Notes under the pieces: model-generated | What the model was told of the DNA's origin: nothing | What the model saw: only the letters and a program-made list of their open reading frames with translations | The model's database searches: none | Position numbers and translations under genes: made by a program | NCBI RefSeq assembly: GCF_964194155.1 | Contig: NC_135907.1 | Coordinates: 7,192,001 to 7,256,000 of the forward strand | Direction of reading: 5' to 3' | DNA: 64,000 nucleotides | Origin: Cetorhinus maximus | Taxonomy: Eukaryota | Part shown: positions 37,797-50,644 of the stretch, one piece after another | Numbering within the stretch: the stretch's first letter is position 1 | Layout of the letters: each line of letters opens with the position of its first letter

Positions 37797-38725
37797 CTTA
37801 ACAGAAACAGAAAGAAAGAGAGATTGAAAATTAACTTATTACAACATACTAATGTGAAACTAACTCAAGAGGAAATGTAGCGACAAATGAATTCTAAATA
37901 TGTGGAACCCTGCAATTGGGAAGTGATATGGGATGTCATCAAGTTGGGAAACTCTTTCGAGTTATCAACAGTCACAGATTGGAACTCTTTCGAGTACAAT
38001 CACAGTTCTTGGTTTCCAGGAGTGGGACATGAACCCACAACCCTCTGATTCAAAGGCGAGGGTGCTATGAGCTGAGCCACAGCTGACACCTCTCATCAAG
38101 TTGGGAAGGTGCACCTAGTCAGTCTGAAAAGGAAGTAAATTCCGTGCCTGTGGATATCATGGGTTGATTTTTCTGTATCTGATGTTCCCAAGTTGGCACA
38201 GTTTACATCTGGATTCATTGAAATGCTGAGCATTATTGGCTGCCAGTGGGATGCCAAGTCATAGAAATCATACAGCACAGGGAGACCATTCAGCTCATTG
38301 TGCTTGTGCTGGGTCTTTAAAAGATCTATCCAATTATGCCCGATCCTCTTCCCTTTCCCATAGTTCTGTAAATTTTATCCTTTTCAAATTTTTATCTCTT
38401 TCCCTTTTGAAAGTTATTATTGAACATACTTCCGCTACCCTCTCTGGTGATGGATTCCAGATCATGGTAACTCGCTACTTTAAAAAATTTCTCCGCTCAA
38501 CCATCTCACCCCTTCTGGATTTCTTTTGTTAATCATCTTAAATCAATTTTCCAGATCCATAAGAACTGCACAGTATGGTACAATCTTGCATCACACACAA
38601 TACAGACCTTCTTCAAATAACATGCGCACAATGTCATCTACCTTCAGTCTGAGATATTTGCCATGTGTCTATAGTGACTCAAACTAGATTAGTTGGCTTT
38701 ACTTCAAGAGTTGATCTGTACTCAC

Positions 38726-38765
38726 TCGATTAGCAGCATTCTGTCCAGTTCTGAACCTCTCAAAC
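38726..38765 (-). CDS. TOM1: TOM1 coding exon 9, (R)FERFRTGQNAANR
   Basis: 40 bp, phase 2-0, tccAG / GTGAGT; FERFRTGQ as in TOM1 (TOM1L2 has FERYRSGR). Confidence 0.9.
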
Positions 38766-39689
38766 CTGGATAAAAATGAGAAAGACAGAATCAATGAAAT
38801 AGGCACAAGATATAAACCGCCAAATAAATATTTGAAGGGAAAAATTTGCAGGGCTATGGGGGAAAAAAGCAAAGGGTGTAGGATTAATTGGACAGCTCAT
38901 GCAAAGGACCAGTACAGACATGATGGGTCAAATGGTCCACTGTATCATTTTATGATTCCATGAGAAGATACTGAGAATTTTCGGTCTTTAAAACTTTCAG
39001 TCAAATCAGGGACAGATTCCACAAGCACTATTAATTCTCAACCAGTCTAAAATCTTTCAAAACTCTTCAGCTTAAGAATGTACATACTAGGAATGTTGGA
39101 GATTAAAAATTGAGATAGTACTTTGGCAATGTGCTTAAATGTGGGTTGTGACAAGTGTGAGATATAAAAAATGATTTCATGTTTATCTGAATTCTGTACA
39201 AATGGAGCAGGAGTCACCAATTGTTCTGCCCTGTGCTCTTGAATTAAGGGTTTCTCCCATATAAACCAGAAAGTTCATGTTGGAAATTTCAGGCACAAAT
39301 ATCACACTCCTCCTGCTTTGTACAACATCGATGTAGGTTAGCACAACACAAAAAGCTGATAATAGGTTCCAAGCCAGGTGGTGAAGTACAAAACAAGATA
39401 CCAATCTTTTCCTTGCTGGTAGGTTTATTTACAGGGTGCAGCATTACAGATCTCTGCCTCATTACTACTAATTCCCAGTATCCCAGCACTCTCTTTTATA
39501 TTCTCTTGTAATAAACTCTCTTTTTAAGCAAAACAAAAATCAATAGATTAAACTAAAAAATCAATAAATCAGAGGGGTTGACAGCCCCTGGTGGGGCACT
39601 CCATTTTTATATGTGCTCCAAGATAATCAATCAATACCCACCACCTGTTTACCCCTAACCTTAACTACATAACTGACATTACAGTTACA

Positions 39690-40185
39690 AGGCAGCTCTT
39701 CAACCTATTGTGCCTGTGTCAGCTTTCTGAAGGAGCTATCATAATTAATCCCACACCCCTGCCTTTCCTACCCCTTCAAGTATTTATCTAATTCCCCTTT
39801 GAAAGTTACTGTTGAACCTGCTTCCACTGCTCTTTCAGGCATCGCATTCCAGTTCATAATTCACCGTGGAGAAAAATAATTCCCCTCATTCTCACCTGGC
39901 TCCTTTAACAACGTTTTAAATCGGTGACTTCTGGCTATCAACCCTCCTACCAGCTCCCCATCTAACCTACCAAAGCCCCTCATAATTTTGAGCAGTTCTA
40001 TCCCATTTCCCCTCTTTTGTTTTAGGAGGGGAATCTAAGCTTCTCTACTTGATTCACATAACTGAAATCCCTCATCCCTTGATAATTTAGTAAATCTCCA
40101 CTGCACCCTCTCTAAGGCCTTTGTATCTTTTCTAAAGTGTAGTGTCCGTAATTGGGCACAATTTAGCTATGGCCTAACCAGCGTA
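39690..40185 (-). mobile_element. Degenerate CR1 3' fragment
   Basis: Similar to other minus-strand CR1 ends in the window. Confidence 0.6.
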
Positions 40186-40269
40186 ATATGGTAGACTGGG
40201 TACTTTTCAGGGCCGCAAGTGACGGCCTTAGGCCCATTCATGAGTTTGCACGATATACAGTGCGAAATG

Positions 40270-41600
40270 GGAAACATGTCTTCGATGAAATGTCACGCAA
40301 TCTCTTACGCTTTGTATATTTCCGATATGTAGATGATATGTTCGCCATATTTAAATCTGCAGCTGCATGTATAATTTCCTTACATGTCTCAATGGGCTCA
40401 ATTCTGCACTCAAATTCATCTTTGAAATGGAGCAGTCAAATGAACTCCTTTTCCTTGATTTCTAGTTGAGAAATCTGCCGGGGGATTCTCTACCAAGGTC
40501 GACCGCAAGCCTACCTTCACTGGTTAATATACACATTGGGATCCTTACAGTTCCACGTGCTTGGAGATTGGCCTTATCGAAAATCTCGTAAATAGGCCCC
40601 AGCCATTTGCTCGCCATGCAAGCTTGATGCCAAAATAAGGCACATTAAAGGCATCCTGCAGGATAATGGCTACCCTAATCAGATCATTTCGTGCTGTATA
40701 TCATGCAATCTCATGAACAGACCTAAGGCCATCATTTTTGGCCCTGAAAAGTGCCCAGCCTACCTCAGATTACCCTGGAAGGGAAAGGTGTCTCAAAAAA
40801 ATTGAGCAGCAGGTGAAGCTGGCTGTTACATGCTGTGACTATGCAGTAGCAACACAAGTGGTATTCACCACTAACAGGGTGCTGCTGTCAAGCCAAAAAG
40901 ATGTTCTGCCTATCACACAAATGGGTAATGTGGTATATGAATTTCAGTGCCAGTGTGATGCTAGATATGTGGGCCGTACATCCCAAAGACGGCCGATCAT
41001 GTCAAATAGCATATCCCTTCCGCTGTTCACAATGGGCAAGGTACAGACCATACTCAACCAGCCCGTGCTTGCAAAACTCAAAACACAGTGTCCAACATTA
41101 GATGTGATTCCGTGATTGGACAACATTTGCTAAATAATCCTCAGTGTGCTAAGAATTATACTGACAACCAATTTAAGATCATCAGTTGGGCTCACAATTT
41201 GGCGCATTTGCGTGTACTGGAAGCTACATATATCAATAAACAGGGCCCTGTTCTTTGCAGACAGAAAGAACGTGTACACACATTGCACCTGTTTCAGCTA
41301 AACAAAATAAGTGACAGCCATTTGCTGCTTCATTACTCAGGGCAATGCTTTGACGAGAGTTAAGCTACCTGGTTTAAATTTCAAACAGTGTTTGGCAGTT
41401 AACTGTAGGTCACCATCAACTGGCGCATTCTCCACGGCAACAACTCTACCAATCAGAGTCCACTTGCCAGCCAATCAGCACTGTCTTCTCATAGTATTAA
41501 TTGTTGTCCCCTTTTAATTTGGTATTCTTGTGAATTGTCCTAACAAGTGCAAGACGAAAGGTTTTGACAAAAAACATTTCTTTTTTCGGCAATACTCAAG
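40270..41600 (+). mobile_element. Penelope-like retroelement (family A), RT C-terminus + GIY-YIG endonuclease, decayed
   Basis: YFRYVDDMFAIF (RT motif), NVVYEFQCQCDARYVGRT (GIY-YIG), terminal repeat with degenerate hammerhead core near 41540. Confidence 0.9.
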
Positions 41601-41815
41601 CACTAAAACAGATTAACTAGTCATCACATTCCTATTTAAAGGACACTGTTGAGCAATAATTGGTTGCCACATTTCCTACATAACAGTCACTTCAAAAACT
41701 GTAATTGGCTATGAAGTGCTTTGGGACATCAAGGTTGTGAAAGGCATTACATAAATGCAAATTCTTTTTAAAGAAAAGGATCTTTCAGTGTAGCTGTAAA
41801 GGTGCACTTGATTAC

Positions 41816-41949
41816 CTGTCATATCGGAGGAATATATTATTGAGGTTGTCATTGACATGCAATAGGTCCTCTGTCACCTGCTCATTGGTGACTCTTGAGA
41901 TAAGCTCCAGGATCCTCTGCTGCATTGCTCGACATGTTCTGTTCAACTC
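41816..41949 (-). CDS. TOM1: TOM1 coding exon 8 (GAT), [44 protein letters not shown](R)
   Basis: 134 bp, phase 0-2, acAG / GTAAT; translated by hand, not in ORF track. Confidence 0.95.
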
Positions 41950-43050
41950 CTGTTGTGGAAAATGTGTAATTACATGCAACTGCTAAAGATATGGCAGGCA
42001 AAGGTGAATTATCTTAAAGCAGGTGTTTAAATATTAAACCAACTTTCTTTTTTTTTTGAAAGTTCTGTTCCTCCCAAAAGTCTGGGCTCCTTGTATTAAG
42101 AGTACCAGTCACCTTTGCTGAAGTGGCTATTCTTCCTGCATGAGCCTACACAATATCAGCAGGCTCATTGGTGTTCTTGAGCCCGATCTTGTCCTTGCTT
42201 AATGCCACACATCAGCACTTATAGCTGCAGTCACTGGAGAGCATAATAAGATCAGTCTTCTCCTTAATCTCAGGGTACTCAGGCTAACTGTCACCCCTTA
42301 CTACTGACATCAATCAAGTTGACATGGGACAGGAATCCAAGAACTCAGTATTCTCTATTGTTCAGCTACAGTGTCGATAAACTTGCTGTGTCATTAGGGG
42401 ATGCCCCAGGTATTTCCATTTGAAGAGTGCATGATTGTCACAAGGGCAGGTTTTTCACATTTACTGTAAACTGTTCCAAATTCTGTTCACCACAAAATCA
42501 GAACTTTGGGGTTTAGGCGTACTAGCATATTGGTTTAAGAACATGATGTTTTAACTGATGCAAGGTGAAGACTAATCTGGTTGCTGAGACTTAGGTGTGG
42601 ATTACTAATACCCAAAAGATGGTTTAGGGTTTAATGGCTTAAGGTATCGAAAATTAAAGATGCCAAAGGGTATGAGTGAACTGACTCAAGGGCCAGGACT
42701 CTAAGTCAGAAGATGGAAGTGAATAGTACAGATTTCACTCCTTGACACTGTGTGGAACAGACCATCAAAGGAGGCAGTGGCAACAGAGAAGAAAGGGGCT
42801 AGCTTTTGACAATAGAGCTAATTGATGGGAGTTAAAGTATAGTTGATTTTTTTTGAACTGCAGGATTGGCCAGATGGGCCATGATGTTTTCCTCCCCAAA
42901 TCCAGTTCAATTCCATATTCAAGAAATATGGAGCCAAGGCAGGTAAATTAAGTTGAGATACAGATCCAGCATAATATAACTGAATGGCAATATAGGCCCA
43001 ACTGGTTGAATGGCTTACTCCTCCCGTCCTATGTTAAAACATTGTTTCAC

Positions 43051-43167
43051 CTGTAGCAGTTCAAGGTCAGAGGATTCTTCTTGACCCGGGACCATCTCAG
43101 TCAGCATTTCAGACATCACCTTTACATTACCATTAACAACATCCAGTTCACTCCGCAGTTTAGCGAC
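43051..43167 (-). CDS. TOM1: TOM1 coding exon 7 (GAT), [39 protein letters not shown]
   Basis: 117 bp, phase 0-0, ttgcAG / GTGAAA. Confidence 0.95.
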
Positions 43168-43659
43168 CTGCAAAACACATTTAAAATCTTGAAAAGTCAA
43201 GGATAATCAAGTGGGTTCTAACTGGCGCAGCTATGTTATTCTAACTGCTACCAGCAGGTGGCGACTGAATGACAAACCATTTGATAAGTTTGTTCGTCTT
43301 CATTAAAAATGACTAATAGTAAAGTGAGCACTTCAACCATTACGCAACGGGTGTTAAGATTCATTCTGTTCAATGGCAGCTAGCATTTCTCAATAGTTAT
43401 GACTAACCAGTAGAAACTGAATTGTGTTTCCACAGTTATATCTTATGTGTATTACAAGCAATAAATGCTGTCCTAGCCAGCGATGCCTACATCCCAAATG
43501 AATAAAAAAAACTAGCCTCAAATAACGGCAAACTGTGGATTGAAGACATTTAAAATAATCATTTAACCCGACTATTCTGTTTTAATTGGTAGAATGAGAG
43601 GAAGAAGGCACAATTATCAAAACAAGCCTTCCAGGACAGTGCCCCTTTCAATAATACCG

Positions 43660-44060
43660 CAGGATGAGGCGGTTTGGCCCATCATGCCTTTACCGGTTTT
43701 ATCTGAACGATCTATTAATTGGTTCCACTCCCCTGCTCTTTCCTCATTGCCTTGCAAATCTTCCCCATTCAGGTATTTATCTAGTTCCCTTTTGCAAGTT
43801 ACTACTGAGTCTGCTTCCAGTTTCTTTCAGGTAGTGCATTTCATTCCAAAACATGGCGATTCAGTGTAAAAGATTTTGTCCTCATGTCACTTCTGCCACT
43901 GGAAACAATATCTCCTTGTTTATTCACTCAAAATCCTTCGCAATTTTGAACATTTCTATCAAATCTTCCCTTAACCTTCAAAACTCGAGGGAGAACAATC
44001 CAGTTATTCTAGTTTCTCCACATAACCTGAGGTCTTTCAATTCTGGTACCATCCTAGTAA
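43660..44060 (-). mobile_element. Degenerate CR1 3' fragment
   Basis: Similar to 16700-16920 and 38260-38540 copies. Confidence 0.55.
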
Positions 44061-44285
44061 ATAGCAGGGGAAACATTTTCTCATTGTGGATTAAGGAGGG
44101 AAGGGTGAAAGATTGTTTCTATTGAAAAGCCTTCACATTCTATAACTGGTTTTCTAGTCAATGCATAAGGGACATCAAGCAGAAGAATCTCAAACCAACT
44201 ACTTAATTTGCTGTGTGTCAACAGTGAACGATGGCTGCAGTTGTGGTGATGCATTTGAGGAGGTAGAGTCTCAACTAGTTTTTAC

Positions 44286-44414
44286 CTGTTCGAGGGAGGG
44301 AGTGATTGCACCTTCTGTGGACACTGCTGGGATAGGCTGCTCAGAGACCGGGAACATCGCTGGCTGTGCTGGGGCAGAGTTTTGTGTGACTGCTGGGTCA
44401 ACTTCGGGAATAGT
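44286..44414 (-). CDS. TOM1: TOM1 coding exon 6 (VHS-GAT linker), TIPEVDPAVTQNSAPAQPAMFPVSEQPIPAVSTEGAITPSLEQ
   Basis: 129 bp, phase 0-0, ttttcAG / GTAAA; PEVDPA and terminal EQ match family exon 6. Confidence 0.9.
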
Positions 44415-45039
44415 CTGAAAAATAAAACAAGAGTAAAATGAACATCTGTACGCAAAAGGATGAGTGCAGTGGGTAATGACAAGCTTCCAGAATTAACGTC
44501 CAGGATTAACAACAGGACAAAATGAATAGACATCCATTTTGGATAAACGTCTGATGTTAAAACTCCCAAATTATGCAGGTTACTTGTAGGAAAGTAAGTC
44601 CTTCTCAGTTTACACAGCAGGATAACAAAAGTTTTAAGAGGTTCTTTAATGACTCAGCAAGTTCATCCAGTTAATTAGCTGAGCCATTATAAACCAGAAA
44701 GGTGCTTAGTTTGGAACCCTGCTCGGTGCTGAGCCAGCTGACCTGAACCAGGTGGTGTTTGGAGCCTTAACAGCCTCAGCATCTGAAGTTGCTGGAGATG
44801 GTTCCACAGGGTCTGGATTCCCTAATGTATTCCACCAAAGTAACAGGGTAACATGTATCACAGCTGACTCAAATATTGTCAACGCCTGGCATCCATGTGA
44901 AATCTTCCTGTCATGGTCACTGGACAGCAATCAGGAGCAAGAATCCTGGAAAATCCTCTCCTCTCTGTAGCTCAAAGGCAGAGGTCAATTGCTGCTCCAT
45001 ACTGAATTAACTCAGCAGAAACCAGGTTTCAAAACTGTG

Positions 45040-46215
45040 TAAAAGCAAAATACTGCAGGTGCTGGAAAACTGAAATAAAAACAGAATATACTGGAAAAAC
45101 TCAAGTCTGGCAGCATATGTGGAGATAGAAACAGAGTTAACGTTTCAAGTTTGTATGACTCTTCTTCAGAGTTAAAGAGAAGTAGAAATGTGATGGGTTT
45201 TATACTGTTTAAGAGGGGGTGGAGCAAGATAGAAGGTCAGGGATAGGTGGGAGCTCGGGAGAGATTGACAAAAATGTCACGGACACAAGACAAAGAGAGT
45301 GTTAATGGCAGTGTTCAAGACTAAAGAAAGTGCTGTTTGTGGCATAAAGGTAAGATAGCAGAATGTGTTAATAGCTGAACAAGTGTCAATGCTCTGTGAA
45401 GGCACAACAGTGGTTGGGGAAAAAGGATAAAAAAAAGGGTTAATTTTTTTTAAATTTTAAAAATGAATAAATAGAAAGAAATAAATAAGATAAATATATT
45501 TTTTTTAATTGGATTTAAAAAGGAATAAAGATGGAAAAGCGAGTTCATGGTCTGAAGTTGTTGAACTCAATGTTAAGTCCAGAAGGTTGTAAAGTGCCCA
45601 ATCGGAAGATGAGGTCTGTTCCTCCAGTTTGCATTGGACTTCACTAGAACATTGCAGCAGGCCAAGGGCGGACATGTGGTCGTACGAGCAAGATGATGTG
45701 TTGAAATGACAAGCAACAGGAAGGTCTGAGTCATGCTTGTGGACCGAGCGAAAGTGTTCCACAAAGCAGTCACCCAGTCTGTGTTTAGTCTCCCCTGTAT
45801 AGAGGAGACCGCATTAGGAGCAGCAAATAGTAGACCAAATTAAAGGAGGTGCAGGTGAAGCGCTGCTTCGCCTGAAAGGAGTGTTTGGGGCCTTGGATGG
45901 TGAGGAGGGAGGAGGTAAAGGGACAGGTATTACACCTTCTGTGATTGCATGGGGAGGTGCTGTGGGAAGGGGCTGAGGAGTTGGGGTGATGGAGGAGTGG
46001 ACCAGGGTGGCCTTGAGAATGGTCCCTACAGAATGCTGACAGGGGGTGGTGAGGAGAAGATGTGTTTGGTGGTGGCATCATGCTGGAGTTGGCGGACATG
46101 GCAGAGAATGACCCTTTGAATGTGGGGGCTGGTGGGGTGAAAAGTGAGGACAAGAGGGGCCCTATCATGATTCTGGGAGGGAGGGAAAGGGGTGAGGCCG
46201 GAGGTGCAGGAGATA
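45040..46215 (-). mobile_element. Penelope-like retroelement (family B) 3' part
   Basis: PCNHRRCNTCPF, FTCTSFNLVYY, HKHDSDLPVACHFN (GIY-YIG region); terminal repeat with hammerhead core at 45135-45169. Confidence 0.85.
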
Positions 46216-46619
46216 GGTTGGACATGTGCAATTTGGTCAAAACAGTACCTTTATTAGTGACCGTCTTACATTTATGGCCCTTGGTTTTGGTCTCTCCAAC
46301 AAGTGGAGACATCTTCTCTATGTCCACGCTATCAAATCCTTCCTTAATTTTAAAGATCTCTATCAGGCCACATTTCATGTTTTCCTTTTCCAGAGAAAAA
46401 TCCAAGCTTGTTCAATCATTCCTGATAGTTAAACCGATATCATCAAATTGAAACATTCCTAATCCAGAATAAGACTGCTAATGCTGATGCATTTCGAGAA
46501 GGGGCAGTTGTAGACTCAACCTGTCCAAAAAAGGGAAGTTTCATAATTCCAGTACAATCTTTTTTCTCTCCACTTGAGTCTCAACCCAAGTTTTTCAGAT
46601 ATCCTTCCTCAGCATCTGC

Positions 46620-47800
46620 GCCGAGTGATGTCTCAGCCTGAGTAACTTTAATCCCCATCTCATCTCATGCCATCTCCTTCAATTTCATTGTTCTCCTCTC
46701 CTTCCTTAATCGTCCCTTCCAAAAAAATCTCTTACTCGTTCATGGCTACCCCTCGACCTCACCGTCTCATTATGTCCTCTCCATCATCTGAATCATACAT
46801 GTGGCCACCTCTGACCACTTCCAACCCCGATTCCTTCTGCGTACATCCCTGTAAATGTGCTCCCTCACGTCATTAACAACTTCACTTTCAAGTCCCAACT
46901 GTCTAACCTTGGGCTCTCTGCCTGTCACAATACTTCTGCAGCTGGTCAGCTCAACCAGTCTCTCCCATGCACCTTTGATGCTGTGAGCCCTAATATTATT
47001 ATTTCCTAATCTCTGTCGTTTTGGATTTTCCTTCTGGTCTGTCCCTCTTTTTTTGGTCATAAGTCCAAAGGTACATGGAGTAAAGTATCTGGTGCACAAC
47101 TGGTTTAACTATTTATTTTCAGATCTGGCTGGACATCAAGTACTATTGGGCCTCACTTTTCTCTGGCAAAAGCACTTTCTACTCCAGGGTTTTCATGGAA
47201 AGCAAAGAAAACCTCCAGATCATTTTTTCCCCCAAGATCCTTAAACCCCTCTCTGCCCCGCTCCCTCTACCCTCACCTCCAACAAGTGCAATAGCCTCAA
47301 GAACTTCTCATCATGAAAACTGAGATCTGTTCAGCTGCCTGTGCCACATTTCTTAAGCCAAACGACCCCCAAGGTTCCTCCCCACCCTACCCTAGGACCC
47401 ACACTGTATTTTCCTAATCTCTCCCACATACCCCACTCTAAGCTCATCTTGTCCATGAGACCCACCACCTACTTTCTTGGTCCCTATTTCAAGGAAACTA
47501 CTAATCATCTAGTTTCCCACTCTGGCCCCCATATTAGCTAACATTATCTCCTCGGGTACTGCCCTCCCCTTTTCAAAGCCACTTTTATCATCTCTCTCCT
47601 CAAAACACACTCACCCTCAACCCCTCTTGTCCTCAGCAAATTACATCCCATCTCCAACATTCCTTTCCTCTACAAAATCCTTGAACGTATTGCAATCTCC
47701 CAAATCCATCACCAACCATTTTTTGTTACTCCATGTTTGAATCTCACCAATTAAGTTTGCACTGCTTCCACAGGTCTGAAAAGGCTCCAAACAGAGTCAC
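46620..47800 (+). mobile_element. Old L2-like LINE fragment
   Basis: Pyrimidine-rich degenerate ORF2, CCCATCTCCAACATTCCTTTCCTCTACAAAATCCTTGAA (PISNxPFLxKILE). Confidence 0.6.
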
Positions 47801-48019
47801 AAGTGCCAGTGTCCAATGTCTAAATCACTGGCTAGTTTATATCAGCGAGGAGCTGCATTAGAATTATGTTGCCAAATACTTAAAGCATCAAAGTCCTCTG
47901 AGTCACTGTCAAACCAGTTAAGTTGAAAATTTAAAGGTTTAACCATTTAAGCAGCTGAATTAAAATCAGCATAATATCATCAGGGGCAGTGCAATAACTA
48001 AACCCCAATTCATACTTAC

Positions 48020-48154
48020 TCTCTGAGGTGTGTGAATGGGAGACAGTGCATCAAGGTCTGTCATAGGGAACTCAAGCCCCTTCCTCCTCAGTTCTTCATA
48101 CACAGTCACTACCCCAGTGAGGTCTGGAGTACTCCGGAAAGCATCAGCCCAAGC
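48020..48154 (-). CDS. TOM1: TOM1 coding exon 5 (end of VHS), [45 protein letters not shown]
   Basis: 135 bp, phase 0-0, cAG / GTAAGT. Confidence 0.95.
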
Positions 48155-48257
48155 CTGCATTCAACATTAAAGCCATAGCATTACTATTTTATAAGTCATA
48201 TTTTATACATGCCTATCCCCAAGTTCCTCCCTATCTCTCATAATGGCATGGGCTCTT

Positions 48258-48740
48258 CATAGAATCATACAGTACAGGAGATGCTCTTTTGGTGCATCAC
48301 ATCTGTGCTGGCTCAATGAAAGATGATCCACTTAGTTCCACAGCCCTGCCTTTATTTAATTTATTATCTTTTGAAAGCTGCTATTGAATCTACTTCAATC
48401 ATCCTTTCAGGCAATAATTTCCAGACCATATAACTCTGCGTAAAACAAACATCTCTCCTCTGGATCTTTTGCCAATTACTTTAAATGTGTTCCCTCTGGT
48501 TATTTATCCTCCTGCAAGTTGAAAGAGTTTTTCCCTATCTACACTATAAAACATCAATTTTGAACACCTCTATTAAACTTCTCACTAAACTTTTCTGCTC
48601 TGAGGAAAACAATCTCCATATACTGAAGTCTCTCATCCGTGGCACCATTAATCTCTCCTGCAGTCAAGGCCCCACCCACATCCTTCCCAAAACATGGTGC
48701 ACAAAATTAGGCAAAATGCTTCAGCTTGTGCCATACCACT
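48258..48740 (-). mobile_element. Degenerate CR1 3' fragment
   Basis: CATAGAATCATACAG tail and internal similarity to other copies. Confidence 0.6.
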
Positions 48741-49263
48741 TCAGCATAGTTAAAAACTAATTTTGACTCTTATTGATAAATGGCTTCACAACCATTGTGA
48801 ATCATCTTGAAGCATTTTACAGATAGGCTTGCACAAAATCTACATGTGCAGTTTTCTGCACAAGTACTGAAAAGTGAACTCCAAGATACTAAAAACAGTT
48901 GCATCACACCCAACTGCTGTCTCAGCCAAGGTTAGTTCACAATACAGATCAGGGAATGATCCTCTCTACCACATCACTTTTTGAAGAACAGCATAAATGG
49001 AGACCAGGGAGGTAACAAACATTAAGTACCAAAATTCCCTGAAAAGTCCACCACTGTTGACCAGTATCCATCTGATTTGAATGGTATGCATCCCAGCCTC
49101 ATATTAAGAGTGTTTTTTTGGCCAACTATTTTACACCTTGCAAGAAAGATTCACACTATTGAATGTTTTTTGTGGTATTTAAACAGTTAACTGCTGCAAA
49201 ACAGAAAGCCTCATTAGAATTTTAACACAAATTACAAATAAAGCCTGCTGAAAACATTAAGGT

Positions 49264-49970
49264 ATCAGCCACAGCTCAGTGGGTAGCACTCTCGGCTCAG
49301 AGTCAGAAGGTTATTAGTTAGAGGTTGGACAGAGCATCGAAACTCAGGCTGACACTCCAGTGCAGTTCTGAAGGAGTGCTGCTTCTTTCAGGTTACTTCT
49401 TTCAATGAAATGTTAAAACTGAGGTCCCTTCACCTTCTCAGATGGATGTAAAGGATCCCTTTGCACTCTTCTGAAGAGTAAGGGAGTCCTCTCCCTGTGT
49501 CCTCGCCAATATTTATCTCTCAACCAAGATCACTAAAAGAACAGATTATTTGGACAATATCACATGGCTGTTTGTGGGAGCTGCCACGGTTTCTACATTA
49601 CAACAATGGCTACACTTCAAAAGTACTTTTTTTTCTTTATTCTCTCATAGGATATGGGTGTCACTGGCTAGGCCAGCATTTGTTGCCCGCCCCCAATTGC
49701 CCTTGAACTGAATGGCTTGATAGGCCATTCCAGAGGGCAGTTAAGAGTCAACCACATTGCTGTGGGTTTGGAGTCACATGTAGGCCAGACCAGGTAAGGG
49801 TGGCAGATTTCCTTCCCTAAAGGACATTAGTGAACCAGATGGATTTTCACAACAACAAATGATAGTCATCATCGTCACCATTACCAAGACTAGTTTCATT
49901 GGCTGTAAAATGGTTTGGTATACTCTGAGGTCATGAAAGGCATTGTAAATGTACAATCTATTTCTTTCTC
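49264..49970 (+). mobile_element. tRNA-headed Deu-domain-like SINE with a second repeat inserted (about 49630-49890)
   Basis: AGCTCAGTGGGTAGCACTCT A-box-like head; GATGGATGTAAAGGATCCC..GCCAATATTTATC..GCTGTTTGTGGGAG central domain; the insert recurs at about 60400-60650. Confidence 0.65.
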
Positions 49971-50644
49971 TCATTCAAATGCTGTACATTGCCCAAAGTT
50001 TCCATTTGCACTGCAAATATAAGATAGAAGATATTTGTAGATGAGGATTTTGCTTCACAGCAAATGAATCATTTTTGGCACACAGCCACTGTTGACATAC
50101 AAGCAAACAAACAGCCAATTTGTACACAAAGTGAGTGCTATGGGATCCTTTACATCCACCAAAACAGGTAGATGGTTTAAATGTCTCATCCACAGGACAG
50201 CATCTCTGACAATACTACACTCCCTCAGTCTCTGCACTCTGCTTCCAGAATGGGGCTTCTGACTCACGGTCAAGCGCTAACACGGAGCCAAGGAATTGAT
50301 GCATTCAGAGTGTGAAGCCAATATAGGCCAGTGGAACTTGGGTGCATTCAGTTTATGGAGGTTAAACTCTGTGTAGCCTCCTTCAACCCCAAAACTCTCC
50401 AACATCCTTGCATTCATACAATTCTGGCTTCTTGCATATCTCAATTTGAATTGCTTCACCAATAGAGGCCATGGCTCTGGTATTCTCTCCCTAAATCTCA
50501 CACCTCAATATCTCTTTCTTGTCCTCTAAAATGCTCCTTAAAACTTACCCGTAGTTCTTTGACTAAGCTTTTGGTTACCTGTCCCAAAATTGTCTTATTT
50601 GGCTCTGTGTCAAATTTTGTTTTATAACGCTGCTGTGAAGCGCC

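Noticed and set aside
39147-39683. Possible additional solo LTR (TG..CA, AATAAA on minus strand)
   Set aside because: No TSD and no second copy in the window
44161-44418. Plus-strand 85-aa ORF (and similar ORFs opposite exons and LINEs)
   Set aside because: Antisense shadow of TOM1 exon 6 or of TE coding sequence; no independent support
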